Part shown: positions 37,647 to 47,599 of the stretch, piece by piece
Layout: each line of letters begins with the position of its first letter
Position numbering within the stretch: position 1 is the first letter of the stretch
NCBI GenBank assembly: GCA_964593865.1
Contig: CAZQKE010000135.1
Span: 9,849-73,848, forward strand
Length of the DNA stretch: 64,000 nt
DNA from: an uncultured Anaerolineaceae bacterium
Lineage (GTDB): Bacteria; Chloroflexota; Anaerolineae; JAAYZQ01
Direction of reading: 5' to 3'
Translations under genes and position numbers: made by a program
The notes under the pieces: generated by a model
What the model saw: the letters and a program-made list of their open reading frames with translations, nothing else
Databases searched by the model: none
Told to the model about the DNA's origin: nothing

Positions 37647-39356
37647 ATGAAAAACGCAACCTCCCCCCCCACCGAGGTCCCATTTGACCGCAAACGCTAC
37701 CGGCGCGTCGTCCGTTACTTTGCCGGAGTCCTGGCCCACTTTATCTGGTGGGAGCTGATCCTGCGCCGTCTCCTGGGCCGCCGCTTCGTGGAACGATCCT
37801 TTGAACGGCGGTGGCAGCGCATCGCCCACGACTTTCGCATCATGGCGGTAGAATTGGGAGGGGTGCTGATCAAACTGGGCCAGTTCCTCAGCATCCGCGT
37901 AGACATGCTCCCTCAAGCGGTCACGGCGGAACTGGCAGGGCTGCAAGATGAAGTCCCCCCGGAGCGTCTGGAAGACATCCAGGCGGTCGTCGAGGCCGAA
38001 TACGGGCAACCGTTGGACAAAGTATTTTCCTGGTTCAGTCCCCGGCCGGAGGCAGCCGCCTCCCTGGCCCAGGTTCACCGCGCCCGGCTCCTCACCGGCG
38101 ACGAAGTCGTCGTCAAGATCCAGCGGCCCAACATAGAAACCATCGTCGAGACCGACCTACGGGCCATCCAGACCCTGACCCGCTGGCTCAAACGTTATGA
38201 ACCGATCCGCCGCCGCGCCGACCTGGACCGACTTTTTGAGGAATTCAGCCGCACCACCCGCGCCGAGCTGGATTTTGAGGCCGAAGCGAGCAACGCCGAA
38301 CGGTTCGCCCTCAACTTTGCCGACGACGGCCGTGTGCGCATCCCCCGCATCTACACCCAGGCATCAACGCGCCGCGTGCTGATCATGCAAAACGTAGCCA
38401 GCATCAAAATCGACGACCTGGCCGCCCTGGATGCAGCGGGCATCAACCGCTCCGAAGTGGCCCACTGCCTGTTGGACATCTACCTCCAACAGGTGTTTGA
38501 AGACAACTTTGTCCATGCCGACCCCCACCCCGGCAACCTGTTCGTCCAACCCCTGCCCCCCCTGGTCTCCGATCTGGGCTTGGTCCCCCCCACCCAGGGG
38601 ACGCCCTTCCGCATCGCCTTTGTGGATTTCGGCATGGTCGCAACGGTCCCGGAACGGGTGCTGCCCCACTTTCGGGATTATTTGATCGGCTTTGTCCAAC
38701 GGGATACGGACCGCATGGTGCGGGCCTACCAAGGGGCAGGAGTGCTGTTGCCCGGCGCAGACCTGGATCGCCTGGCCCAGATGGAAGCCGATCTGCTGGA
38801 TCGCTACGCGGGCCTGACCCTGCGGGAGGTACAGCAGCTGGCCATGAGCGAATGGCGAGAACTGGCCCGCGAGTACCGCGACATCCTCTACGAAATGCCC
38901 TTCCAGCTACCTGCAGAACTCCTGTTCGTGGGACGGGCCATCGCCATTCTCATCGGGATCGCCACCTCCCTGGATCCCGATTTTGACCCCTGGGCGGCCA
39001 TAGAACCCTATGCCCGCCAGCTGGCCGCCGCCGAGATCAAACGCGACTGGCGCGCCTGGCTGGGAGAAGCGGAATCCTTCGTCCGCCTGCTCTTTTCCCT
39101 CCCCGTCCAGGCCGACCGCTTCTTCCGGGAGGCCAACCGAGGTCATCTGACGGTACAAACCCGCTGGTCGGCCGAGGACCAACGGGCGGTGCGGGGGGTA
39201 GAAACGGCCGTCAACCGCCTGACAGGGGCCATCATCTTTGCCGCCCTGCTCCTGGCAGCGGTAGCCCTGCACATCACCCAGGGGGGAAGTTGGCTCGGCT
39301 ACACCCTCTTCGCCCTGGCCGCCCTTTCCCTATTGGCGACCCTGATCCCCCGCTGA
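37647..39356 (+). CDS. ABC1/UbiB (AarF) family atypical kinase
   Basis: LGGVLIKLGQFLS, AASLAQVH, VVVKIQRP, ELDFEAEA, HADPHPGN, VDFGMV; two C-terminal TM. Confidence 0.95.
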   Translation: MKNATSPPTEVPFDRKRYRRVVRYFAGVLAHFIWWELILRRLLGRRFVERSFERRWQRIAHDFRIMAVELGGVLIKLGQFLSIRVDMLPQAVTAELAGLQDEVPPERLEDIQAVVEAEYGQPLDKVFSWFSPRPEAAASLAQVHRARLLTGDEVVVKIQRPNIETIVETDLRAIQTLTRWLKRYEPIRRRADLDRLFEEFSRTTRAELDFEAEASNAERFALNFADDGRVRIPRIYTQASTRRVLIMQNVASIKIDDLAALDAAGINRSEVAHCLLDIYLQQVFEDNFVHADPHPGNLFVQPLPPLVSDLGLVPPTQGTPFRIAFVDFGMVATVPERVLPHFRDYLIGFVQRDTDRMVRAYQGAGVLLPGADLDRLAQMEADLLDRYAGLTLREVQQLAMSEWRELAREYRDILYEMPFQLPAELLFVGRAIAILIGIATSLDPDFDPWAAIEPYARQLAAAEIKRDWRAWLGEAESFVRLLFSLPVQADRFFREANRGHLTVQTRWSAEDQRAVRGVETAVNRLTGAIIFAALLLAAVALHITQGGSWLGYTLFALAALSLLATLIPR

Positions 39357-39361
39357 GACCC

Positions 39362-39850
39362 TTATTCCTCCGTCAGCTTACGCAGCCAGTAACGAGCATC
39401 CCGGTCCAGGGGATTGACCTGGATGGCCCGTCGGAAGGCGGCGACGGCCAGATCGGTGTCACCTCTGTCTACAAAGATGAGGCCCAGGTTGTAATGGACG
39501 TTGGGTGCAGCCGGGTTCAATTCCAGGGCCTTTTCAAAGGCACCGATGGCCTGCATCTGCTGTTCGGCGGTGGCGAGAACCGGGTTGCCCAGGTAGGCCG
39601 CCCCCAAATTGATCCAGACCATGACGTTATCCGGTTCGGCATCACGGGCCGCTTCCAGCAAGGGGATGGCCTCCTTGTGCCGCCCGGCCATGATATACGC
39701 ACCGCCCAGGTTGATGAGGGTAGGGACATCCTCCGGGGCGAGACGGTACGCCCGCTCCAGGTGCGGGATCGCTTCTTGAGCCTTGCCCGCTTCCAACAGG
39801 GCAGCCCCCCGGTTGAGCAGTTGCCGCAGATCTTCCCGTTCTTCTGTCAC
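39362..39850 (-). CDS. TPR-repeat protein
   Basis: Repeats such as AIPHLERAYRLAP, NLGGAY, FEKALELNP..HYNLG. Confidence 0.88.
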   Translation of the reverse strand: MTEEREDLRQLLNRGAALLEAGKAQEAIPHLERAYRLAPEDVPTLINLGGAYIMAGRHKEAIPLLEAARDAEPDNVMVWINLGAAYLGNPVLATAEQQMQAIGAFEKALELNPAAPNVHYNLGLIFVDRGDTDLAVAAFRRAIQVNPLDRDARYWLRKLTEE

Positions 39851-39859
39851 TCGTCGGTC

Positions 39860-41503
39860 CTACCTTTCCATCTCTTTCCAGCGGCGGGCGACGCGGGGCA
39901 GGATCGGCACGACCTGCTTTTTGCGAGACATGACGCCGCCTATCATCACCGAATGGGGCGAGGCCAAACGCTGGCCCAACGCCTCGGCCACCATCTCCTC
40001 CAAGCCGACGATGAGGATCTCGGTCTGACTGTGCACAATGTCTACGACCATGAACAGCAAAGATACGTATCCCTTTTCGGCGCGGAGGGCCTGCATCTCG
40101 GCCAAAAGATCGTCGCGGATCTCGTCCACGCGGCGTTTGTGGACCGTTTCCATATAGCCCACGGCAAAGGGCACACCCTCAATGCGAAACTCTTTGAAAT
40201 CGGTGGTCAAAATCTGGCGGGGCGAGCGACCCGAAAGGTCCGAAGCGACGGCGAAAATTTCCTGGCCGAACTCCTCCACATCCACCTGGGCAATGGCCGC
40301 CAGCTCGCGGGCCACCCGCTCGTCGCGGGGGGTGCTGGTGGGCGAGCGGAAGAGAACCGTGTCGGTGATCAAGCCGCCCAGCAGGATACCGGCGATGGGC
40401 GGCGGGATGGGGATACCCGCTTCGTCAAACAGCCCGGCGATGATGGTACTGGTTGAGCCGACGATCTCGTTGCGGAAGAGGATGGGCGCCGCGCTCTGAA
40501 TGTCGGCAATGCGATGGTGGTCCACGATGCCCAACAGCTCCGCCTCATCCAACCCCTCCACCGTCTGGCTGCGCTCGTTGTGGTCCACCAGGTAGACGCC
40601 GTGGCGCACCGGGTTGATCAAGTCGCTGCGGGAGATGATGCCCACCACCCGCCCATCCCCATCCACCACCGGCAGGGTGCGCCGACGGCGTAGCTTATAG
40701 CGCAAGGAATCCAGCGAATCGTCCGGGTGGGCGGTCAGCACATCGCGGCGCATGAAATAGGAAATGGGCGTGCTCAGGTTCAGCAGACGGACCGTGGCAA
40801 AGGTGTGATGGGGAGAAGAGATGAGGGTCACATTGTGCTGCCGGGCCAGCTCCATGATCTCCTCGGAAACGGGCAGCCCGCCGGTAATGACCAATGCTCC
40901 CACCTTGCCCTCAATGGCCACCCGCTGGGCGTCCTCTCGGTCACCCATCACCATCAGAATATCCGGCTCCACCCGCCGCCGGACGTTTTCCAGGCTCATG
41001 GCCGCCACCAGGGCCTTGTCGCGGAGGCGACGGCCCCGCGCCTCTACCAGCAGCTCCCCGCCCAGCGTCTCGATGATGTTGCGGATGTCCAGGGGGATGT
41101 GATCCATCTTGTCCCGGTCCAGACCGTCGAGGAGAATGCGGGCAAAATCGCCCACGGTGACCAACCCCGCCAAGCGGCCCTCGTCATCCAAAACGGGCAT
41201 GGCCCGGATGCCGTGCTCCCGCAACCGCCGCCCCACACGATAGGCCGACTCATCGGCCTGCCCCGCGATCAACTCGGCGGTCATTACATCGCGGGCATGG
41301 GGCCGGACATCCTCCACCAAGACGGGCAAAGGCACGCCGAAGCGATCCAAAATGTAGCGAGTCTCGCGCCAGACTTCGCCCTGGCGGGCGGCGACGACGT
41401 TTTGGACCCCCTGCAGGCGCAGCAGCTCGGCATAGGCTACGGCGGAGACAATGGAATCGGTATCGGGGTTTTTGTGGCCGATGACAAAGATCTTTCTAGG
41501 CAT
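39860..41503 (-). CDS. ppaC: Mn-dependent family II inorganic pyrophosphatase with CBS-DRTGG insert
   Basis: GHKNPDTDS, two CBS domains plus DRTGG (GDRED), LVDHNE, VDHHRI, GSTSTI, DHHA2 tail SRKKQVVP; start ATG 41503. Confidence 0.95.
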   Translation of the reverse strand: MPRKIFVIGHKNPDTDSIVSAVAYAELLRLQGVQNVVAARQGEVWRETRYILDRFGVPLPVLVEDVRPHARDVMTAELIAGQADESAYRVGRRLREHGIRAMPVLDDEGRLAGLVTVGDFARILLDGLDRDKMDHIPLDIRNIIETLGGELLVEARGRRLRDKALVAAMSLENVRRRVEPDILMVMGDREDAQRVAIEGKVGALVITGGLPVSEEIMELARQHNVTLISSPHHTFATVRLLNLSTPISYFMRRDVLTAHPDDSLDSLRYKLRRRRTLPVVDGDGRVVGIISRSDLINPVRHGVYLVDHNERSQTVEGLDEAELLGIVDHHRIADIQSAAPILFRNEIVGSTSTIIAGLFDEAGIPIPPPIAGILLGGLITDTVLFRSPTSTPRDERVARELAAIAQVDVEEFGQEIFAVASDLSGRSPRQILTTDFKEFRIEGVPFAVGYMETVHKRRVDEIRDDLLAEMQALRAEKGYVSLLFMVVDIVHSQTEILIVGLEEMVAEALGQRLASPHSVMIGGVMSRKKQVVPILPRVARRWKEMER

Positions 41504-41822
41504 CGTCCTTGTCAGAAGCGTGCAGCCGGTAACTCGCCAAGTCGGCGGCGAAATACTCGACGGCATAAAAGACGGGCAGCCCCATCGGCTCGCACACCTC
41601 CCGGACCGTCGCCTCTACCAAGCTCCGGACCTGTTCGGATGGCAGATCGGCGATGGCCTCCCGCCACAGCAGAAACGTGCCGTACACACCGTCGGACGTG
41701 TAATGCAGATCCAGTTTGCCGATGCTCAAGGGGTCGTAGTTGGCGTCGGTCCGATCCAGGTCAAACAGAGCATACTGCTCGGAGGAAAGGGTCCGCACCA
41801 GCCTACGCAGCTTGAGGTTCAT
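41496..41822 (-). CDS. Hypothetical protein (108 aa)
   Basis: Overlaps both neighbours by a few nt (operonic coupling); globular-looking composition. Confidence 0.65.
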   Translation of the reverse strand: MNLKLRRLVRTLSSEQYALFDLDRTDANYDPLSIGKLDLHYTSDGVYGTFLLWREAIADLPSEQVRSLVEATVREVCEPMGLPVFYAVEYFAADLASYRLHASDKDDA

Positions 41823-42823
41823 TCAGGCCAACCTTCCCCTCCGGCAGCCCAGGCCGGAAGATCGTCCTCCGGAATTCCCTCCACTTCATAGAGCACAAAG
41901 TTGGTTTCGCCACCGGAAAGGGCCAGCTCGGCCAACGCCTCGTCAATGGCAATCTGCAGGTCTTCATCGGCATCTTCCAGGGCATCAAGGAGGACCTGTT
42001 TGGCCTCGGCCCCACCGATCTGCCCCAAGGCCCAAACGGCAACATCGCACACCTGCCGGTCGGGGTCGTTGATGAGACGGGCCAGGAGGGGGACCGCTTC
42101 ACGGAGCATCATCTCGCCGCTGGCCAAAGCCGCCTCGTAGCGCATGGCAGGCGAATGGCTCTCCAGCTCGGTCAGGAGGATAGAAGCCCAACGGGGATCG
42201 CAGCTGCGCCCCATGCCCAACACCGCGCTGCGCCGCATCGCTTCATCCTCATCGTAATAGGCCAGCTCAATGGCCTCCAACACCGGCGGCGTCGCCGCAT
42301 AGGACGCCGACTCAATGGCCCGACGGCGCACATCAACGCTTTCCCCCGCCCGATGGATGGTCGCCAGCAACTCGGCCACGATCCGTTGTTGGATGGAAGC
42401 ATCCAGCTTCTCCAACTCCCCGGCCAGGACAAAACGGCCCAGACTGGCGGCCACCGCTTCCCGCACGCGGGGAGAAGGATCGGCCCGGAGCATAGACAGC
42501 AGGGGAGCAATGAGATGCACCTGCTCGTTCTCCCACAGGCCGTCCACCGAGGCGGCCCGCACCCCCTCATCGGGGTCACCCATGCTCTGGATGAAAATGG
42601 CGTCAAAATTGACCTGGAAGCTGGCCTCGGCCAGCTCCACCAGGGCGGTGATCAGGCGGCGACGCTGGAAAGCAGGGCGCGTCTCCCAATCGGCCCAAAA
42701 GGCATCCAACTTTGACCCGCTGAGATCGGAAAGCTCGTACAGGTGCGCAACCGGCACCGCACCGGTTCCGGCATAGATCTTGGCTAAAATCTCCTGAAAA
42801 CTACTCAACTTCTTACCCCTCAC
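41819..42823 (-). CDS. HEAT-repeat protein
   Basis: DPDEGVRAASVDGL, DPSPRVREAVAASLG, DPDRQVCDVAVWALGQIG repeats. Confidence 0.9.
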   Translation of the reverse strand: MRGKKLSSFQEILAKIYAGTGAVPVAHLYELSDLSGSKLDAFWADWETRPAFQRRRLITALVELAEASFQVNFDAIFIQSMGDPDEGVRAASVDGLWENEQVHLIAPLLSMLRADPSPRVREAVAASLGRFVLAGELEKLDASIQQRIVAELLATIHRAGESVDVRRRAIESASYAATPPVLEAIELAYYDEDEAMRRSAVLGMGRSCDPRWASILLTELESHSPAMRYEAALASGEMMLREAVPLLARLINDPDRQVCDVAVWALGQIGGAEAKQVLLDALEDADEDLQIAIDEALAELALSGGETNFVLYEVEGIPEDDLPAWAAGGEGWPE

Positions 42824-42848
42824 CGATCACCCCATATCTTCTGTCCTC

Positions 42849-42877
42849 ATTTTAGCACAGAGCGACCGATTTGCCAA
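42849..42877 (-). promoter_or_regulatory. Promoter of the HEAT-hyp-ppaC-TPR operon
   Basis: Minus strand TTGGCA (42877-42872), 17 bp, TG-extended TAAAAT (42854-42849). Confidence 0.65.
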
Positions 42878-42946
42878 TTGGGCACAGCAGATGCGACAGG
42901 GCGTAATGCGCGCCTCTTTCTCGCTGCCGGGATCCCGGCGGGCAGG

Positions 42947-42975
42947 TTGCGTTTCCCCTCCGGATCGGGTATAAT
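42947..42975 (+). promoter_or_regulatory. Promoter for the 43076 gene
   Basis: TTGCGT (42947-42952), 17 bp, TATAAT (42970-42975). Confidence 0.65.
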
Positions 42976-43075
42976 CTCCCCGGAGGCATCATCCCCGCCG
43001 GGCCGAGTTCCGGCGGACCGTTTCGGGTGCGGAGTTTGGCTCCGCCGAACCGGCTTGAACTCTGGAGGTTATGTC

Positions 43076-43672
43076 ATGTTCCGACCACGCCGACCGTTTC
43101 GCCGCCGACCGCCGTTGCCGCCGCTGGTGCGGCCCCGCCGACGCCTGCCGCCCCGCCGCCGTCGCGTCTCGCCCATCGTCGCCGAGGTAGAACGCTTGAT
43201 GCAGGCAGGCGAATTTGACAAAGCAGCCGAACGTTTCTACACCCTGGCCCAAGAAGCCGAAAAGCGCGGGCGTAGCGGGGGCGCAGGGGAGCTGTACCTG
43301 CGGGCAGCACGCTGCTACCTGGAGGCAGGAAATGTGGACCGGGCAGATGACTGCGCCGAGCAGGCCATCCATCTCCTGATCAAAGCACGGCGCGTCAGGC
43401 GAGTGCGCCAGGTGCTGCCCAAAGTGCTGCGCGCGCTGGAACGCAACGGCCGCCACGATGACGCCGAACGCCTGCGGGCCGAGGTAGAGACCGCCTTCCG
43501 AGGACGACAAATGATGTTCCCACCGGCGCAGGAACAGGCAGCCGCCCGGCTCCCGACCAAGTGCCCCGCCTGCGGCGCACCCCTCCGGCCCGACGAAGTA
43601 TCCTGGACCGGTCCGACTACGGCAGAATGCCCCTACTGCGGCAGCATCGTCCGGGCCGAAGAAGACGTCTAG
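43076..43672 (+). CDS. Hypothetical protein: Arg/Pro-rich N-terminus, TPR-like helices, C-terminal zinc ribbon
   Basis: GGAGG SD at 43064-43068; MFRPRRPFRRR..., YLRAARCY helical repeats, CPACG...CPYCG. Confidence 0.75.
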   Translation: MFRPRRPFRRRPPLPPLVRPRRRLPPRRRRVSPIVAEVERLMQAGEFDKAAERFYTLAQEAEKRGRSGGAGELYLRAARCYLEAGNVDRADDCAEQAIHLLIKARRVRRVRQVLPKVLRALERNGRHDDAERLRAEVETAFRGRQMMFPPAQEQAAARLPTKCPACGAPLRPDEVSWTGPTTAECPYCGSIVRAEEDV

Positions 43673-43800
43673 GAGCACGCCTGCCCGAAAAGAACGCCGA
43701 GGCGCGGTGAAACCTGTATCCTATCCGCACCTCGGCGTCGCCGCAAAAGTTTACCGATCCCCGGCACATCGGAGCAAAAATCGGTGTTTTCGGGCTGCCC

Positions 43801-43861
43801 GCGAATGCGCACAAATACACGAAACGGACCGGGCGCACCCGCGCCCAATTCGCGGACGGCC
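43801..43861 (+). repeat. Partial third copy of the dispersed repeat
   Basis: ccgggcgcacccgcgcccaattcgcggacggcc matches the 1055-1098 and 4337-4378 cores; gcgaatgcgc is the exact reverse complement of 4342-4351. Confidence 0.55.
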
Positions 43862-43885
43862 TGCGATTCTGAGGGAAGAGGGCGA

Positions 43886-44401
43886 TCAAGCAGGTGGAGT
43901 GGTCGAGAAAGCGGTGCACACACCGCTGAGCAGCAAAACGATCACCCCCAAAACGATGTTGACGATCAGCAATACCGCCTTGAGCTTCTCCTGCTGCTGG
44001 CGCTTCGCCTGGTCCTGTCCCCCTTGCTGTGGCGCACCGGACCGACGGCCCAGAACCAAGCTGCGGGTCAGGGCAATGGCGATCATGGCGAGCACCAGAA
44101 TATGTTTGATGGACAGGGCAGCAGAGTAGGTGTTGGCGAAGCTAAACAACCCCTGGAACGCAGGCGAACGATTGGACATGAGCAAGCCGCTCAGCACCAA
44201 ACCGACGATACTCACATAGACCAGCACGCTCAGCCGCTTTTGGATGGTATCCATCAGTTGCTTGGTCTGTGGCCCCATCCCCAGCACTTTCTTGGCCGAG
44301 GGCATAACGGTAACCCCCAGGGTGATCAAGCCTCCTACCCACACGACGGTAAACAGGTTGTGCATGAAGGTCATCAGGGCAAACACGATTTGCTTGGGCA
44401 T
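43886..44401 (-). CDS. CopD/DUF4149-like 4-TM membrane protein
   Basis: HNLFTVVWVGG, LVLSGLL, LSIKHILV pattern. Confidence 0.75.
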   Translation of the reverse strand: MPKQIVFALMTFMHNLFTVVWVGGLITLGVTVMPSAKKVLGMGPQTKQLMDTIQKRLSVLVYVSIVGLVLSGLLMSNRSPAFQGLFSFANTYSAALSIKHILVLAMIAIALTRSLVLGRRSGAPQQGGQDQAKRQQQEKLKAVLLIVNIVLGVIVLLLSGVCTAFSTTPPA

Positions 44402-44435
44402 CTTTCCTCCTCCAAATGTTTTTTTACGCGTCTTC

Positions 44436-44867
44436 TCACGGCCCGGATGCCTGGGCCTCGGCGGCGCGAATGGCCCGTTCCAACAAGGTCAGAAGGGTTT
44501 CCACTTCCTCGGCAGTCAGCCCGGCGAGGATCCGACTCATCTTTTCCCGGCGGAAAGCGTGTGCCTGCTCCTGCAAAACCCGCCCCCGCGGCGTCAGAAA
44601 GAGACGAACGGCACGACCATCGTGGGGGTCCGGGCGGCGTTCCAGCAAACCGGCCCCTTCCAAACGACGCACCCCCACACTGGCAGTAGGTGCAGTCACG
44701 CCCAACCCATCGGCGATCTCCTGAATGCCACAACCGGGTGAGGCGGCCACCCAATCGAGCAGGGCAAGCTGAGGCATCGTCACCCCGCTGTCCTCCAGAG
44801 GATTTTGATCCAGCGCCAGCTGGCGCAATCGCCCGAACAAAGCCAACAGCCGCTCTTCGGCGGTCAC
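44436..44867 (-). CDS. MarR-family transcriptional regulator
   Basis: VTMPQL..L, IADGLGVTAPTASVGVRRLEGAGLLERRPDPHDGRAVRLFLT..G. Confidence 0.93.
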   Translation of the reverse strand: MTAEERLLALFGRLRQLALDQNPLEDSGVTMPQLALLDWVAASPGCGIQEIADGLGVTAPTASVGVRRLEGAGLLERRPDPHDGRAVRLFLTPRGRVLQEQAHAFRREKMSRILAGLTAEEVETLLTLLERAIRAAEAQASGP

Positions 44868-44883
44868 ATCTTTCCCCCGAAAA

Positions 44884-44929
44884 TTTAGTTAGACAAACAA
44901 AGTATATCACAAAGCCCAAACGCTGTCAA
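44884..44929 (-). promoter_or_regulatory. marR promoter with a possible autoregulatory operator
   Basis: Minus strand TTGACA (44929-44924), 17 bp, TATACT (44906-44901); imperfect AT-rich palindrome TTAGTTAGACAAACAAA just downstream of -10. Confidence 0.7.
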
Positions 44930-45137
44930 CAACACGCCGACCGGGCGAGTGCCAAGATTTCACACCGCGAAGGTGAAGCACGCCGAGGAACGGCCGACTC
45001 TCCGGCGCAGCGTCGCAGCAGCAGGGATCGCCCTTTTCAAATCCCCCCAACAATGGTATAATGCCCTTGCTCCCACGCCGGGCCACAACCCGGCACAGGG
45101 GCGCGGCGGGCGCGGAGCATCGCCCGCACCGCACAAC

Positions 45138-46193
45138 ATGGCGCAAGCCTCCCGGCCTGCGCCCTGCGAGGGTAGATTGCGAGGAGATCAAGGGCAAAGG
45201 AACCCAACAGCACCCCCGGAGGAGCAGATCGCCGTCCTCATGAAGCGGGGAAAAGCCGCCGTCCGCGCCGGACAACGCACCCGTGCCCGGCGGCTCTTTG
45301 CTGCCATCCTGGAGCTGGACCCAACCCATGCCGAGGCATGGCGGGAACGGGCTGCCGTCTTGGACGACCCCCAAGAAGCCCTGGCCCACCTGGCCCAAGC
45401 CCTGACCCTCAATCCCCACGATGAACAGGCACGTCGGCTCCTGCGTTCCATCCGGCGACAGGTGGCGCAAGCATCCCCCCCGGCCTCCGTCGGGCATTCT
45501 CCCCCCGGCCCCCGACTGCCGGTTCCCCGCCCTCTAACCCCTATCTCCCCTTCCACCAACCGACGATCTCTGCCCGGCGTGTGGGCCGCCCTGGCCGGTG
45601 TGCTGCTTATCCTCGCCCTGGCCCTCCTCCTGTGGAGCGATGCGCCCCGTACCGTCGTCGCCGCCCTTTTGCCCACCCCCACCCCGACGCCGACCTTCAC
45701 CCCCACTCCCACGCCGACTTTCACCCCCACTCCCACGCCGACCTTCACCCCCACACCCACCCGTACACCGACACCCACACCCACCCTAACGCCGACGCCC
45801 ACACCCACCCCGACCCCCGTCCCCGCCGATCAAAGCGCATCGGGCAAATGGATAGAGGTAGACCTTTCGGAGCAACGCCTTTACGCCCACGAAGGCCGGA
45901 AAACGGTATTCAGCACCCTCGTTTCCACCGGAACCCGCTGGTACCCGACCGTCACCGGTCGCTTCAAAATCTACCGCAAGTACCGCTCAACCAGGATGCG
46001 CGGGCCGGGATACGATCTGCCCAACGTACCCTGGACCATGTACTTTTACCGTGGCTACGCCATCCATGGGACCTACTGGCACAACAACTTTGGAAGGCCC
46101 ATGAGCCACGGATGCGTCAACATGCGTACCCATGAGGCCAAATGGCTCTACAACTGGGCACCCCTGGGAACCCTCGTCGTCATCCACCATTAG
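45138..46193 (+). CDS. Membrane-anchored L,D-transpeptidase (YkuD) with N-terminal TPR and Pro/Thr linker
   Basis: [39 protein letters not shown]; one TM; start uncertain (45138 or 45240); TG-TATAAT at 45057-45062. Confidence 0.9.
   Translation: MAQASRPAPCEGRLRGDQGQRNPTAPPEEQIAVLMKRGKAAVRAGQRTRARRLFAAILELDPTHAEAWRERAAVLDDPQEALAHLAQALTLNPHDEQARRLLRSIRRQVAQASPPASVGHSPPGPRLPVPRPLTPISPSTNRRSLPGVWAALAGVLLILALALLLWSDAPRTVVAALLPTPTPTPTFTPTPTPTFTPTPTPTFTPTPTRTPTPTPTLTPTPTPTPTPVPADQSASGKWIEVDLSEQRLYAHEGRKTVFSTLVSTGTRWYPTVTGRFKIYRKYRSTRMRGPGYDLPNVPWTMYFYRGYAIHGTYWHNNFGRPMSHGCVNMRTHEAKWLYNWAPLGTLVVIHH
45687..45758 (+). repeat. 3 x 24 bp coding tandem repeat (TPTFTPTP)
   Basis: ACGCCGAC(C/T)TTCACCCCCAC(T/A)CCC units at 45687, 45711 and 45735. 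Confidence 0.85.
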
Positions 46194-46244
46194 CCGATAC
46201 CGCCCTCCGGAAACGCATACCTTCGCGGGTCGGGGAGGATTCGT

Positions 46245-46273
46245 TTGCCACCCTCACCCTTTTCGGGTATAAT
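46245..46273 (+). promoter_or_regulatory. Promoter for the small ORF-tgt-uppP operon
   Basis: TTGCCA (46245-46250), 17 bp, TATAAT (46268-46273). Confidence 0.75.
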
Positions 46274-46294
46274 AGCCTGCGAAAGGGGAATGTA

Positions 46295-46465
46295 ATGGAA
46301 CAAGTGGCTGTCCATCATAGAATGCTGCGACCGTCGAGGCCCTCGGCTCTGCCGGAGCGCAGCAGGGTTCGGGTGTGGACCGAAGCGAACACACCGACGG
46401 CACGTGCCCCGGCACACATTTCGGATCTAAGCATCGCCCAACCATTCGGGCAGCACGAGCGGTGA
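46295..46465 (+). CDS. Small AF2212/DUF104-like antitoxin-family ORF (56 aa, possibly decaying)
   Basis: SD AAAGGGG; [30 protein letters not shown] resembles A(V/I)YENGVL(R/K)P..P..LPEG..V.V. Confidence 0.45.
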   Translation: MEQVAVHHRMLRPSRPSALPERSRVRVWTEANTPTARAPAHISDLSIAQPFGQHER

Positions 46466-46479
46466 CCGGCGGCGGATCT

Positions 46480-47592
46480 ATGCAATTCATCCTCTTCCAT
46501 ACCGACGCCGCGGGGCAGGCCCGTTTGGGGCGCATCATCACCCCCCATGGCGAAATCGCCACACCTGCCTTTGCCCCCGTGGGAACCCAAGCCACCGTCA
46601 AAGCCCTGGACCCCCGCGACCTGCACGAGCTCGGCGCAGAATTGATCCTGAGCAACACCTACCACCTCTACCTGCGGCCTGGCGCCGACGTGGTGGAGGA
46701 GATGGGCGGGTTGCACCGTTTCATGGGGTGGGATGGCCCCATCCTGACCGATTCGGGCGGCTTTCAGGTGTTCAGCCTGGCCGAACGACGCAAGGTCGGC
46801 GACGAGGGCGTTGAGTTCCGCTCCCATATTGACGGCTCTCGCCACTTTTTCACCCCGGAGATGGTTATCCGCGTCCAGGAGCAGTTGGGAGCCGACATCA
46901 TCATGGTCCTGGACGAATGCGCCGTGCCCGACGACCGAGCCTACAACGAGCAGGCATTGGCCCGCACCCACGCCTGGGCGGAGCGTTGCCGCGCCGCCCA
47001 GAGCCGCGACGACCAGGCGTTGTTCGGCATCGTCCAAGGAGGCATCTTTCCCGACCTGCGCCGTCGGAGTGCAAAGTTTCTGGTGGACCTTGACTTCCCC
47101 GGCTATGCCATCGGCGGGCTGAGCGTGGGAGAAAGCAAGGAGCAGATGTACGCTACGCTTGACGTCACCGTACCGCTGCTGCCCGCCGACAAGCCCCGTT
47201 ACCTGATGGGCGTCGGCGCACCGGAAGACCTGCTGGAAGGGGTGGCACGGGGTGTGGACCTGTTTGACTGCGTCCTACCCACCCGCCTGGCCCGCAACGC
47301 CGCACTGCTCACCCACACCGGACGGATCAATATCCGCAACGCCCGCTTTGAACGGGACCCCGCCCCCATTGAGGAGGGTTGCAGCTGCTACACCTGTCGC
47401 CACTTCTCACGGGCCTATCTGCGCCATCTGTTCAAAGCAGGGGAGATCCTGGCCGCACGCCTGGCGACCATCCACAACGTCCACTTTTTGCTGCAGCTGA
47501 TGCGCGACATCCGCGCCGCCATCGCCGCCGACCGCTTCTCCGCTTTCAAAAAAGCCTTCCTGGCCGACTATTTTCATTCCTCCCAACGATGA
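46480..47592 (+). CDS. tgt: tRNA-guanine transglycosylase
   Basis: [58 protein letters not shown] zinc site; start ATG 46480. Confidence 0.97.
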   Translation: MQFILFHTDAAGQARLGRIITPHGEIATPAFAPVGTQATVKALDPRDLHELGAELILSNTYHLYLRPGADVVEEMGGLHRFMGWDGPILTDSGGFQVFSLAERRKVGDEGVEFRSHIDGSRHFFTPEMVIRVQEQLGADIIMVLDECAVPDDRAYNEQALARTHAWAERCRAAQSRDDQALFGIVQGGIFPDLRRRSAKFLVDLDFPGYAIGGLSVGESKEQMYATLDVTVPLLPADKPRYLMGVGAPEDLLEGVARGVDLFDCVLPTRLARNAALLTHTGRINIRNARFERDPAPIEEGCSCYTCRHFSRAYLRHLFKAGEILAARLATIHNVHFLLQLMRDIRAAIAADRFSAFKKAFLADYFHSSQR

Positions 47593-47599
47593 GGTGCCC

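Noticed and set aside
45676-45820. CRISPR-like repeats
   Set aside because: Contiguous coding Pro/Thr repeats without unique spacers and with no cas genes; the same applies to 34120-34280.
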